From Lama guanicoe (Eukaryota): a stretch of DNA of 64,000 bases. The DNA is taken from NCBI GenBank assembly GCA_013239625.1, contig MU056000.1:186001-250000 (forward strand), read 5' to 3'. The notes beneath the pieces are model-generated. The model saw nothing but the letters and a program-made list of their open reading frames with translations, searched no databases and had not been told where the DNA came from. Each line of letters opens with the position of its first letter. The stretch's first letter is position 1. Position numbers and translations under genes: made by a program. Shown here piece after piece: positions 24,231-36,689 of the stretch.

Positions 24231-27200
24231 TGTGCTGCCCCACATGCTGGGCATCCCCCAGACCATCTTCTGGCCCCTGTGTGCTCTGCCCCTGGGGAGC
24301 CAAGCTGTGTGCTGGGGACAGGTGGGACGGGGCTGGGGGAGGGGCCAGGCCGGATTTGGGCGGGACTTGCCTCCTTGGGGAAGGTTCCCCTTTAGAAAGG
24401 GCCACCTTGGGAGGAGTCCTGGCCTGGGGCTTGCATAGGACAGGGAGGGGTGAGTGCTCGGAGGCACAGCTCAGCAGTACGGGCCTCTCCCCGGCTGGCC
24501 CTGCACCCTTGCCCCATCACTCCACCAGGCAGACTGTCCCCAGGCAGCTGGGGGAGGGGCCAGAGCAGAGCATAGGAAGAATTTCTTCCAGTGTTCTCTG
24601 CTCCCCCAAACCTCCCACCCTGAGCCGCACCCTCAGCTCCTCCTCACCCTGACCCCAGTCAGCTCTGGGCTCCTTGCGGGTCCCTGAGGCCTTCTGGGGA
24701 CCACTCCTCCCATTAGGGCACTAGGGGCTGACCCTGGGGAAGGACTGGAGCCTGTGCTGGCTCACCTGTGTGGACACAGACACCATGTGTCCATGTTTAA
24801 TGGAATAAGCTTTGCCAGATGCCAAACGAAGTCAAAAGCAGCCAACGGGGAGGCACAGACTCGTTTGATTTGTCTGGTTTCTGAGTTCGAGGCTGGAGCA
24901 GGATCCGCAGGGGAGGAGGTTGCAGACGGACAGACATGCTGACCGGCCCCTGAGGTGAGCGGGTTTCTCCAGTTCCCACACCAGCCCTTGGCCTGGGACT
25001 CACAGAGCCTGGGCTGCCGCCTCGGCTCCAGCTCCGGCTCCCTGGGTGCCCGGGCACCGTGGGCCTCGTGGAAGCAGCTGTGAGTGGCCTTGCCTGCCTG
25101 GGAGCCTTGAGAGCCAGCCGTCGGCCCGTGCCAGCACGCTAACTTGGTTTCTGGGAAAGCCAGCATAATTCCCGGGACATTCCCAGGAACCGCAAGGGAC
25201 CTGCCAAGAACTGCAGGCGTGGAGACTTGCGCACCTTCAGGCTGTCAGTCTTCTAAAGAAAGACCTAGAGACCCCCTTCCCCTGGTCGGACCCGAAGGCG
25301 CTCTGCTGACCGGCAGGGTTGCGGACAGGGCTCCTGCTGTGGTTTCCTCCCTGTGGTGCTGGACGCGTGGGTTCAGGGACCACGGTCCTCCAGAAAGGCA
25401 GACGTGAAGCCCCGGAGAGCTCACCGCCAGAGCCTGGTGCAGGAAGAGGGGCATCGTGGGAATCGGCCCAGGAGGGCGGGGCAGAGCCGCCAGGGTGGGC
25501 AGGGCTGTGTGGCCCAGGAGCAGGGGTCTTGCGTTGGCCACAGGGGACGGTGGGCTGCAGGAGGGGCTGTCGCACAACAACCTGTCCCTGACTGTTGAAG
25601 GGTGTCTGGGAGCCCAGGACGGACACCTGGCAAGGCCGGCAGCTGTGCTTCTGGGGCCCACTGCGGCCGGCCCAGGCTCCCCGCTCCCGCTCGGCTCCCT
25701 GAGAGAGCTCCCTGGTGTGCCCGCACCTGGCCGCCCATCCGGGCCTTCCACTGAGCAGGCCGCTGCACCTGCAGCCCCCTCTCCAGGGGCTGGGGGCTTC
25801 CTGCTCACCCTCCGTCCTCACTGCTCAGAGAAAGCGCATTTTCTCACCTCCTGCTGTGACTGCTGGGCCTGTTGTTCCCAAACTCCTTTGATGTAAATAA
25901 AAGTGGAAGAAGTTCCATGGCTGCCGCTGGCCTGTGGGTGGACACAGCCCGGGAAGGGCAGCCTGTTCCCCACCCCCCAGACAGCCCCCAGTCCCACCCA
26001 CCTCATTCCTGCTGTCTCACAGCCTCCGCCTGCCCGACCACGCGCTGGGCGTACCGAGGGCCCTGTTCCCCAGCTCGTGCCATGCCTCGGGCTACGTCCA
26101 GCCACGGCTGCGCGGTTGTGCCTTCTGCCCACCCAGCGGCCTCCCTGTGGGTCAGAAGCCCACAGCTTCTAGCCCCACCCCAGAGGGTAGTTCAGATGTC
26201 TGGGGCCTGGGTGGGCTTTTAGACCCCCATAACTCCCCACTGTGAAACCTTTGACTGTGCACCATAGCCCCTGATCGTCCGCCATGAGCCCCTGACTGCC
26301 TGTGGTCACTGAGCTAGGCTCGCTGGGTTCCCCTCAGTGGCTAGCGATCACTGTGGTCACTCTGGCCCTGGTTGGTCCCGGGCTCTCCGGGGCTCAGACG
26401 CATGTGTCCCAGGCCCTGCCTGTGCTAAACTCACAGTCACAGGGAGGGCCCCCGGCAGGTGACTTCAGTACAAGGTGAGGTCCCAGCTAGCCCCAAGGAG
26501 GAGGCGCCGTGGAAGCAGCAGGGTGGTGCTGGGCCATGCTTGGTATTCTGTGTGTTCTAAGTGTGAATCCTGTTCATGCAGCTGCAGCACACTGAGAACC
26601 AGCAGCCCTGGTCACCGTGCTGTGTTTTAGTTACTACGTTTGTGAGGAGCTTCAGGCTGGCTCTGGGTCATCCTGGGTTCATGGCAGAGCAGCTGAACCC
26701 GGGGGCCTGATGACCTGTCTGTTCCACTCCCTGGGGGACGCGGCCCTGGTGGGACCTCACTTGGTCCGTCCTGGAGCCTCCTGAGATTCCTCCTTCGGGG
26801 AGGGGCCAGCACCTGCGGCGCCGGCCAGGTGGCTGCCACTTCCCTGTGTGATGACACCTGTCTGTCAGGAGGGCTCTGCCCCAGCTCCCAGCACCACCCT
26901 TCCCTCCTGCAGGGCCTCCCTTGGGCTCTGCTGGGCACAGAGGGAAGGTCTGGAACTTGTCCAAGGGCAGATTCTGACCCAGAAGGTCTGGAGTGACCCA
27001 AGACTGTGAGACCAAGGCTGGTGGTCCCAGACACACTCGGAGAGAGAGGTCAGAGATTTGGGGGATCAGGGGTGCAGCCCCAAGCACCAGCGTTCCGTCA
27101 GGGTGGGCCTGCTTCCTTCTCTGTCACAGTCTGCTTGTTGACTGTCCACAGCTGCTTCTCCTGAACTAAACTTCACACCAAGATGTTTGCAATCTGAAAG

Positions 27201-27364
27201 TTGGTCCCAGCGTTAAAAATAGGCTTTGTTCGCTCTAGAAAACAGTCAACACTCTCGGTGAATCAGAGCCCAGCACAAAACGCTGCGTTCTGATCAGCAG
27301 CAGCAATGTTAATTCTGGGCTCACTCTGCGGGGCGTGCTTGTTTAACCTCAGAGGCAGTCATTT

Positions 27365-27450
27365 CTGTCATTCCCGTTTCTCAATGAGGAATCCGAGGCC
27401 CAGGGAGGTTAATTAGCTTGTCCAAGGTCACACAGCTGAAAAGTCAGCCC
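27365..27450 (-). mobile_element. MIR core fragment
   Basis: cccgtttctcaatgaggaatccgaggcccagggaggttaattagcttgtccaaggtcacacagct. Confidence 0.8.
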
Positions 27451-27809
27451 TTGGTTGAGGTGGTTTTGAAATAGTCGCACTTCCCCAGGGAAGGAAGAGA
27501 GTTGTCTGCAGTGGCCATGTCTGTGCCCAGATCTGGGCTTCGCTCCCACCAGGATGTGGGGCCCCAGGCCCAACCTCACCATCCTGCACCTCTGCGGCCC
27601 AGGTGTCTGTGCCACAGCGAAGTCATTCACCTGAAAAGAAAGACCTAGAGGGCCCAGGGCGGTGGAAGAGCAGAGTGGGGACCGGGCTGGCTCCCAGGGC
27701 CTGGGGGCCCGCACCTGCCTCCCCCTTATGGTCCTGCCCCCATCAGCCAGCTGCTTTCAAGTGCCGTGGCTGCTCCGTGGCAGGAGCCCCAGGCCGAGTC
27801 TACTGTTTG

Positions 27810-28280
27810 TGGGATCTATAAACAGCCAGCGATCCGCTCCCCGAGCAGGAGCAGCTCGCACGCACGCGGGCCCCACGGCGAGGCCCAGCGAGTGATCTGG
27901 CTCCAGCAGGGCCCCGCGGCTGCCCGACACGCCCGGTGCCCCTCGCTCGCTCGCGTGACTGGCGGCCCTGGCCGTGTGTTGCTCTCTGTAACCGCAGCAA
28001 CAGCTCTCGGGAGGGTGCTGCTCCCAACTTCCTTTCATTCCAGGGAGGGGCGATGAGAGGGGCTGCTGGAATTGTTCCTTTTCCCTCTTCTCCTTCCTCT
28101 GCCATGACCTTGACAAGCGATCTTTGAAGTACTTGCTGGCTCTTTTTTCTGCCACGGGCTGGAAGCGATCAGGATACTCAAGGGCTTCCCACACTTTGCC
28201 TCTATCCGGGCAGAGGGGCCGGGGGCGCCAGGGCCACTTTGCCTGCGTGGCCCCGCGTCCCCTCAGCGTGGCAGGTGCAC
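27810..28280. promoter_or_regulatory. Intronic CpG-rich patch with TATAAA and XRE cores
   Basis: TATAAA at 27817-27822; CACGC at 27859, 27863 and 27928; TCGCGTGA at 27951-27958; GCGTG at 28245 and 28266. Confidence 0.45.
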
Positions 28281-29624
28281 GTTCCGTGACTTCTAGTAAT
28301 TGAACCTACATGTGCTTGTTTCTCCCCTTAAGAAAGCGCGGCCTTCAGCTTGGGGCCAAATTCTTTTTTCCGCTTGGAAAAGTGATCTCATTTTCCATGT
28401 ACCATGTTTAAAAAAACACAAAACTCTTGTAGGATTAAAAAGAGAAGGGGAGAGAAGACAAACAAACGTTTGCGATGCATGTTTGAAAGGCGGCCCCACA
28501 TGTGTAAAAGTATTTGGCGTGATGGTTCTGGACCAGAGCGTCCATCTGATATTGAATCCATATGACTCGGCAAACTTCATTTTATGGTCCTTTTTGCTTT
28601 TTAAAATTTCTGCCTTGTGAGTTAAAATTAAGGTTGCTTTTGGTTGTGACTAATCTCATAAAATCTTTTTTGAGACGGCATTTTATGTACTCAAAGCCTG
28701 AGCATTTCTTCAGTCCTTGGACTATGATTAGTGGGATGTCAGGAGTCTGCGTGGCCTCTGAGATGGGGACGCTGTGTGGATTCCCGGCGGCACAGCCGGG
28801 CGCCCACCTCGCCCACTCTGGCTGCCCGGGGCCAGACGCTGAGCCTGTGGGAGGAATGAGGCCCTCGCAGTCATCACTGCCTGGCACCGTGGGGTGCCTG
28901 GGTTCAGTCACCTGGGCCACTGCCGCCATCAGCTCTCACGGTCAGGGGTGTGTCCAGACGACCACCCTTGTCCTGAGTCTGTAAGGAGAATGGACGCCTT
29001 GTTTCCTGACCGCCCCATGGTGGACCCAGTGCTGTCCCAGACCCCGGGGGTGGGGCTACAGGGTCCTCCTCCTGGGATGCGGCCGCTGCCTCTGGATAAG
29101 GCGTGAGGCTGAGGATTCAGGGCAGGCTTTCCTGGCCTGAGTGTCCGGTCACTGCGCACAGCGGGTGGCCTGGAAGCCCGCCACCCTCCGGGGGGCGCCA
29201 GACCCCACTGGGCCCGGGGTGGGGAGGGAGGAGATGGAATCCAGGCAGCTTCCCAGGTGAGGCACTTGAGGCCCCCCCGGGACTGCCAGTGAGCTGCAGG
29301 CTGAGAGCCTGGGCTGAGCCTCCTCCTTAGAGACTCAGGGCTCTGAGGGCAGTGGGTTTGACTTCATCACACGCCTCCTTTCTCGCAGGAAGGTTGCAGG
29401 GACGCCTCCTTCCTCGCAGGAAGGCTGCAGGGAGAGGAGGCTGTGGAGGTGAGTGCCCATCCTCTCCTCGGGCACCTCCCTTCCTGAGGGTGCTCACTGG
29501 TGCCCCACTGGCTGGGAGCTGGAACAGCCCAGACGCCCTGGGGGATGTGGGCCGGCGGTGCGGGCAGCACATCAGAGGAGCATTAGTCAGCCTTAAAGAA
29601 GGGCGTTCCGGCACAGTCTACAAG

Positions 29625-29900
29625 TGGGTGACCCTGGGGGTGTTATTCTAGTGAAAAAGCCTGTCACAAAAAGACAGATCCCTGTGAGTCCACTTGTACG
29701 TGGCCCTGGGGGGGCAGATTCAGAGACAGAAGTAGGACGGGGGCCGGGGCTGGGGGTCAGCACTTGATGGGGACAGCGCGTCACTTGGGGACGATGAGGA
29801 AGTTCTGGCGGTGGTGGTGCCGCACAGCGGTGTGGACGTGTTAATGCCACTGAACCATGTGCTACAGGTGGTTAGAAGGATACCCAGATTCTACCACAAT
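29625..29900 (+). mobile_element. L1MB-type 3' end fragment
   Basis: agtgaaaaagcctgtcacaaaaagaca...agagacagaagtagga...gatgaggaagttctgg...ttaatgccactgaac...ttctaccacaat. Confidence 0.75.
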
Positions 29901-30949
29901 GTGAGGAAACCTGGCGCTGCCAAATGCACTGTCTCGGCTGGGTCAGCATCTGAGGGGCACAGCTACAGGGGCCAGCCTCGCCACAGGTCTGGGGACCCAA
30001 GTGCTGTAGGAAAACCTCCAGGCCAGTGGAGGTGGGGGGAAGGCTTCATAGCTTTGGGTAAAGTGCCTCTGAAGGGCACAGAGACAGTGAGAGGTCTTCC
30101 ACTACCCCACCCCCAGGCCAACGCACGGTTCAGTCCGTGCAGGACGGACTTGCAGGACAAGGCTGTTCACACCTGTCCTCCGGGGTCAGCTCCACGTCCT
30201 GGTGAAGGATCCTGTACTGGAAGGAAAGGCGCCTCTTCCTTTCTGCCGGTCTCCATACAGGAGAATTTGGTCTTTTGTTAAACAATACAGCAAGCAAATC
30301 CCAAAGGAATGTTTCGTAGATTCCCCCCCAACCCAGGAAACACTAGGTGCCCAACAGCAGAGGCATTTGGGGGTGGGGATTGGGCACATTCACAAACTCC
30401 TGACCAGCCCACTGGGACAAGGTCCAGGCAAACACTGGACTTTCCATCCGGTACTCAAAGATGTGAGGGCAGTGAGTCCAGACACTCCTCCCTGGAGCTG
30501 CACAGGAATTATGGACAAATGACAGCCTGTCTGGTTCCTGGAGACGTTCCAGGGGACAGGGGTGTCACACGGGGTCAATTTTCAGTTCACTGGGGCTCAG
30601 GGGCAGGCGGCCAGTGACGGGCCTTGTGATGCAATGGTCACTCTGGTGCTAGACCGTTTGAAGCAGAGGTGCAGCGGGGTGCTGTGTGAGGCTTGGGTTT
30701 CTTGCTCAGAAAAGTCAGCACAAGGTCTAAATCCTCTTGCAAAGCCACTGCCCTGGCATTTGCACCTCTGTGTCAGAAGGTCACCCCGAACTTTGAAACA
30801 AGGCAGAGAGTTGGGCGACACTCCCTTCCTGACCCTGCCCGTGTTACCCAGGGGGCTGCGGCTCCACTCCAAGCGGCAGCCTCATCCTAGCCGCCTGTGA
30901 GCGCCCAGCACCTCAGGTTGTCTGCAGACTGTTTAACACTGAGTGCTTC

Positions 30950-32490
30950 CTCTTGAGTAAGAGCTCCATCGAGTGTCTTACACTTTTGTGAGTGCTGTGA
31001 TCTTCTTTTCCAAACTGAGCTTTCGTGGCTGAAGCGTGGCTTTGCAGCAGAACAGGGTTCCGTCTCATAGTCTTACCAGTTTGCTTCTCATTCCCGGAAC
31101 ATTTAGTGTCGTCGAGTCCTCCTGCCCGTCGCCACCCTACTCCGTGTGAGACGGAGTCTCACAGTGGCTGTAGGCTGCGGGCTCCTGACGACGGATGACG
31201 CTGGTGTGTTTCCATTGCATTGTGGGTGTTCTTCTGTCTCCTTCCGTAAAGTGTCTCTTTGAGTTTTTTGCCCAATTTTAAAGATTGGGTTGTTCTTCTT
31301 TTAACGGTTTTTGTAGAAGTTCTTTATGTATCCGGATAAAGTCCTTTGCCGGTGTACTGTATTTTTCCTCAGTCTGTGGCTTGTCTCGTCATTTATTAAA
31401 GTCCAGGTCATGACCTGTTCCCCTTAAGCGTTAGTGTTCTGTATCCTGTCCAGATCTGCCCACCCCAGACTCACAAAGGTGTCTTCCTATACTTTCTTCT
31501 ACAAGCTCTGTGATTCTCGAAGTGTTTTATGTTTAGGTCTAAGGTATCTCTTGAATTAATTTTTGTGTGTGGAATGAGATAAGAGTCAGGGGTGCTTTTG
31601 CTTTGCTTTCTCTTTCCTGCACAGATAACCAGCTGCCCCAGACACATTTCTTTCGAAGACTCTCCCTCCCCCATTGGCTCGGCCTAGCGCTCGCCTGTCC
31701 TCACGCCAACACCCACTGTCGTGATTGGCACAGCTTTGCAGTGAGTCGTGAAGTCGGTCAGCATCCGTCCCGCAGTTCTGCTCTCCTTTAACAACATTGC
31801 TTTGGCAATTCTGGGCCCTTTATTTCCACATAAATATCAGAATCACCTCATCAGTTTCTACAAAAAGAAAGCACCCTGCTGTCCCTGTGACTGAGATGAC
31901 TTTATAGATCGGTTCAGGGAGGCGGGACGTCCTGACTCTGCCGAGGTTGTGACCCGGGAGCTTCGACACCTCCTGTTTGTCTGGGTCTTCTCTCTGCACT
32001 GCTTCCAGGCCTTGCTTTTCTTTTCAGATTCAGTCCTGGGCATTGTATGTGTCTTTGATCTGGGCCAGGAGTTTTCTTAGTGGGAAGGCTCTGACCACAG
32101 ACTCAATGTGTTTGATAGCTACTGGGCCACTTAGATTTTCTAGCTCTTCTAGTAACACTTCCGTTAATCTTTTTCAAAGCGTTTGTCCCTTTCATCTAAG
32201 GCACTTAATTTCCTCAGCAGCATTCTTAGTGTCTCCTTGCTGTGTTTAGTGCCTGCAGGGTCTGTCGTGGTGTCTTCTTCAGAGTTCCTGCTGTCGGTAA
32301 TTTACATTTTTCTTGTTCAGTATTTCTAGGGGTTTATCAATTTTATTAATCTTTTCAAAAAGCCATTTTTTCACCTTGTTGACAATCTTTATTATTTGAC
32401 TAAACACTTTTCACTGATTTTTTTCTCTCATTTCAATTTTTCTTCTCCTGATGTTGTACGTGACTGTCTCTGCCGTCTCTAGTTTCTTGA
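30950..32490 (-). mobile_element. Degraded antisense LINE-1 ORF2 / 3' region
   Basis: Minus-strand peptide DSYLIPHTKINSRDTLDLNIK (L1 ORF2 C-terminal region); T-rich + strand. Confidence 0.8.
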
Positions 32491-32494
32491 GGAG

Positions 32495-32960
32495 GGTTAT
32501 ACACCAAATGCACCCAAACTGGAGGGTCTTAGAGGCGAGGTGAACCAAACTGTCAAGGAATACACATCCTCACTGTAAACAAGTGGGTCCAGAAATTGGA
32601 AGAAGAGAGCAGGGGTCCCAGCCACTTCTTGATGATCAGATGCCCCTGACACTGAAATAAGAAGAAGAGTTTGTAGGCTGGATTTCATCAACTATAGATG
32701 GAAATTTCCTAGGTGAAATGAATCGATTTCAGGAGTGTATTAAAAGTTACGATCAGATGAGGTCTGCCCCATACAGGCAAGAATGCTTCCCCATCAGAAC
32801 GTCCGTCAGTGTAACTCCCCACGTCAACAGACTGAGGAACATCCATGTGATGGTTTCCGTGGATGTGGAAACTCTGTGGAACTCATTTTTTCATGATAAA
32901 AATTCTCAGAAAAATCAGAACACAGAAGAGGGTGCTCGAATGGGGAAGTCCACACGGGTG
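32495..32960 (+). mobile_element. Sense LINE-1 RT-domain fragment
   Basis: Peptide YDQMRSAPYRQECFPIRTSVSVTPHVNRLRNIHVMVSVD aligns by eye to L1 RT [36 protein letters not shown]. Confidence 0.7.
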
Positions 32961-33290
32961 ACACAAAGGTCCCTGTTTTGGTTTCTCATCTCATCGTGAT
33001 GATGTTTACATTTTATAAAACTTAAATTTGCTCATCACTAGAAATAGGAGAACCCAAGTCCTGAGCCTTACAAATGCGACCGAATCCCCATGTCTCCTGC
33101 TAGCCTGGGACCATCTGCAAAACGGCCATAAATAAACTGAAAGTAGGCCTTCCTGGAGGCCATGAACATGGACCACACAACTAGGGAGCAGCGGCTGAAA
33201 ACGCAAACGGAGTTAATGCGTGACTTTTCCGGCTTCGGTGACTCCGCAGACGTGCCTAGGAGCCGACTCAGTTTCTGCTTTTCCTTCCAG

Positions 33291-33380
33291 TCCCTCCGCG
33301 GCTTCGCTCTGGTCGTGAGCGCCGAAGGCGTGATATTCTACGCGTCAGCGACGATTGCGGACTACCTGGGCTTCCACCAG
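33291..33380 (+). CDS. AHRR: AHRR coding exon (approx. exon 5, PAS start): [30 protein letters not shown]
   Basis: ttccttccAG acceptor and CAG|gtaagc donor; 90 nt, phase 0/0; typical AHR-family PAS-A motif. Confidence 0.97.
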
Positions 33381-36300
33381 GTAAGCACAGCTGTTCCGTC
33401 CACTGCATGTTCTGTTCTGCTACCTCATAGACGCCTGTTGTCCTCCAGGTTTGAATCATCTCCAAGATCAAGCTTTTTAAATCACGGAGCTTTTGTCAGA
33501 TGAGGATTTGCACACCCCAGCCTTGTGACGGCGAGAGGCCTGGCGGGTCCTGGGCGTCCCGGCCTAAAGGGCAGGGACTCGTGCTGGCTGTGGCCCAGCC
33601 TCCCGTGCTCCTCACTGGGGAGAGGCTGGTCAGGGCCGGCTGTGGACTCGTCCTCACCAGCACGGTGGCGTTCCGGGCCCCAGATACAGCGTGGGCTCTG
33701 GGAAAGCCGGCGTTGATGTGCAGATAGTTTGCTGGGAACGTTGCTTCAGGCCATCCCAGCTTGTGTGGTTCCAGAGCTTGGGGCAGACAGCCGGGTCAGT
33801 CCCACCAAACACTGGGGTCCTGGGAGGGCGGCTCGAAGAAAAGTCCCACCTCTGGCCCAGGAGAGGAGGAGGGGCCTGGTCTGGCCTCTGGGAAGGCAGA
33901 GAAGTCTCTCATGGGAAATCCAAGCTGTCGCTGGAAACCCGAACTCGCACCCAGTGAGGCAGTTGTTGAGGACTGAGGAGGAGCCGGCTCGGCTCGGGCG
34001 CGGCCACAGCCCGCGCCGCAGACACACCCCCAGAGGGAGCGGACCACACAGTGAATAGCACAGGGCCCTGGTGCTCGCCGAGGAATTCAAGATACAAACA
34101 GGCAGATGTAAGAGAGCAGAACAGAACCCGGGAAAAGGAAGAACACAGTGTGTCTGTCAGAGCCCCATTCGGAGTCAGAAACTGCAGTGCTTCGAACAGT
34201 TTCATACAGAGTTACTATGAGTTAACTGTAAAGGAGCACTACCCAGTGACACAGCACTAGCGGGAAAGGGGCACAGAGCGGGTGGAGGGCAGCCGTGCCC
34301 GGGCTGGGGCCGGGCGCCCAGAGGAGCGGTTTGGAGACCCCTTCATCGGCGAGGGCGAGGGCGAGGTGGTGGCCTGGGCGACGGCGAGCCCACTGAGGGC
34401 CCCAGGCCAGCTGGCTGGCAGAAGCCCGCCTGCTGCAACATTGGCCTGACCCAGGGAGGGTGCTGGCCTGGAGGCTGCCAGGAGCTGCCCGCTGGGGGCC
34501 CCGACGGGCCCGCAGAGCCCGAGTACCTCTGCAGGCGAGGGGAGGTGTCTGCAGCATCTGGGATCAGAGCCAAGTGATGAGACGGGGGTTTGGAGCTGGG
34601 AGTTGGGACGTGGAGTTGATAACGAAAATCTCACTGGACGAGCAGAAAGCCAGGTGGTGGGCAGACGCCGAGGGCAGAGGAAGTGTGGGGCCCTGACACG
34701 CTGAGAATTCTGGTTGGCCTGAGCCCTGGAGGCCACTGGAGCGTTTGATCTAGTTTCCACGACAACCATCATTTTGTGTCACTTCCAAAACCGAAGTGGT
34801 TGTCGCTCTGCTGGTGATTCTGAGAAGCGATTCCTCAATCATTCGGTCGGCTCTCCTGCCACCTGAACCCACACAGAGCAACTGCCACACCCTGTCCTGT
34901 CCTGGCCCTGGGACAGTCCCTGCGGCAGGTGGAGGTGTGTCCCTCGTGGAGGACCTGGCTGGTGAGGTGTGGGGGCGGGACCTCCAAGGGACTCCGGGTC
35001 AGACCACAGGGGTCGAGCTGGCTCTGCCCCCCTAGGGTTGGGTGACGACATCCTGCTCCACCCAAGGAGCCACAGCATGTCCACCCACGGGGCTGCGGCT
35101 GGGCCCTTGGGGGCGCTGGGGGCAAGGGGGCCACTGCGGGAGGCGTCCCCATCACCAGCCCCGCCCCGGGGGGGGGGCACCTGAGGCCTCTTCCTCCTTG
35201 GCTGCTCCTGACCCATGAACTATGCCACCTGATCTGTCTCCCGTGACAGTTCAGCACCCAATTAGCCCTGCTGCCTCCCCCCAAGTCTGCTTCCCACAGG
35301 TGCCTCGTCTATCACTCTAGGGAGGCTGTGTGTAGCAGGCAGTGAAGACGAGCTTGGTGGCATAGCTGGGTGGCTGGCTCCCTGGCTCTGGGGTCCCCTC
35401 AAGCAGCTCCCACTCACATCACCGCTGGCTGTGGGCACGGCAGATTCCAACCCCAAATAACGAAGGCTTCCACGTCCTACTGCGGATGTGTGCAGGACGG
35501 GGCTCTGCGAAATATGGTTTGGCCTGCCTTCTGCAGGCTCAGAATTTCTTTTGGTTCCAATCACTGTCTCCTGTGTTGCTCTGTGAATTCTCCAGATGCC
35601 CAGAGCCACCTGCTTTTGGACAAAATTTGGCCTTATCACTGGGTTTGGCTTCCTGAGAAATGCAGGTGCCCTGCAGAGGAGACCTGATTCCAGGTCTGAA
35701 CTTGCTAACTGGATCTTTTGTTTTCTTGGAGCTTGGCTATTTCCTCTAAAGTGTTAGAAGTTAAAAAAAAAAAGTTCTGCCTTATTCTAAAGAAATTGTT
35801 TCCAAATGTCATTAAGTCATTAGCAGTGCCTCTAGCTTACGCAGAGAATTTCACGAACATCTTAGAACAGCTTTGTACTATTGTGAGCTTCTGGGGCAAA
35901 ATGCTTTACAGAAAGTCAGGAACCAGGTATTTCCTATCACAGCCTGAGCGGTTTCGGTGTCTTCCACTTCAGCACCCCTGAGATGAATAAACAGACTTAG
36001 GTGTGTGTTTTGGTCGCTGTTGACATTTGCTGCCTCAAGGAGCTGTCGGTCCTCTGGGAGGTCAGCAGGCGGGGGGGCAGGTCCCGTGTGAACCGTGCGG
36101 ATGTCAGGGGCTGCGGGAGGAAGCAGTTAAGCGTCCACAAGCACGGATAACGGATATACGCACCCTCGCACAGAAGACGGTCCCTGCTGGAACGAGCCGC
36201 ATGTGGAAACGGTTGCACTTTTGTGCTCAGCTCCACAGAAAGGCCAAGATGAGGACACACTGATGGGACCAGTCGGGCTGGCTTTTAGCCATCTGAATAA

Positions 36301-36689
36301 TCGTCGTGTTTTCCCTCCTTCCTTCGCACGTTCCCCACCATGTGTTTTCCTTGACCTTGTTTGTAGGAATCAGACCCTAGGAGATGAGGAAAGACAGAAG
36401 GCGGCCACACTAATTAGCACCGAACTTGGTTTCTCACCCCAGAAGAATGTTCGCATTTAACATGTCTTCGAATTTGCCTCTGCCAGTAACGCCCCTTCCA
36501 GCTCTGTTTGCCCTCCCTCAAGTTAACCTGCCTCCTGTGCTGGTTAAGCCGCAGGCTCACACTGTGTATCCCTTTTGTTAATTGTCTGAGGGATGTGGAG
36601 GCGGTGACTGGGGCAGTGGGGAGCCCCTGGGGTTCTGCGAAGCTTGAGGTCACCCGCTAAAACTCATGAGAGAGTAACGTGGACCACAA

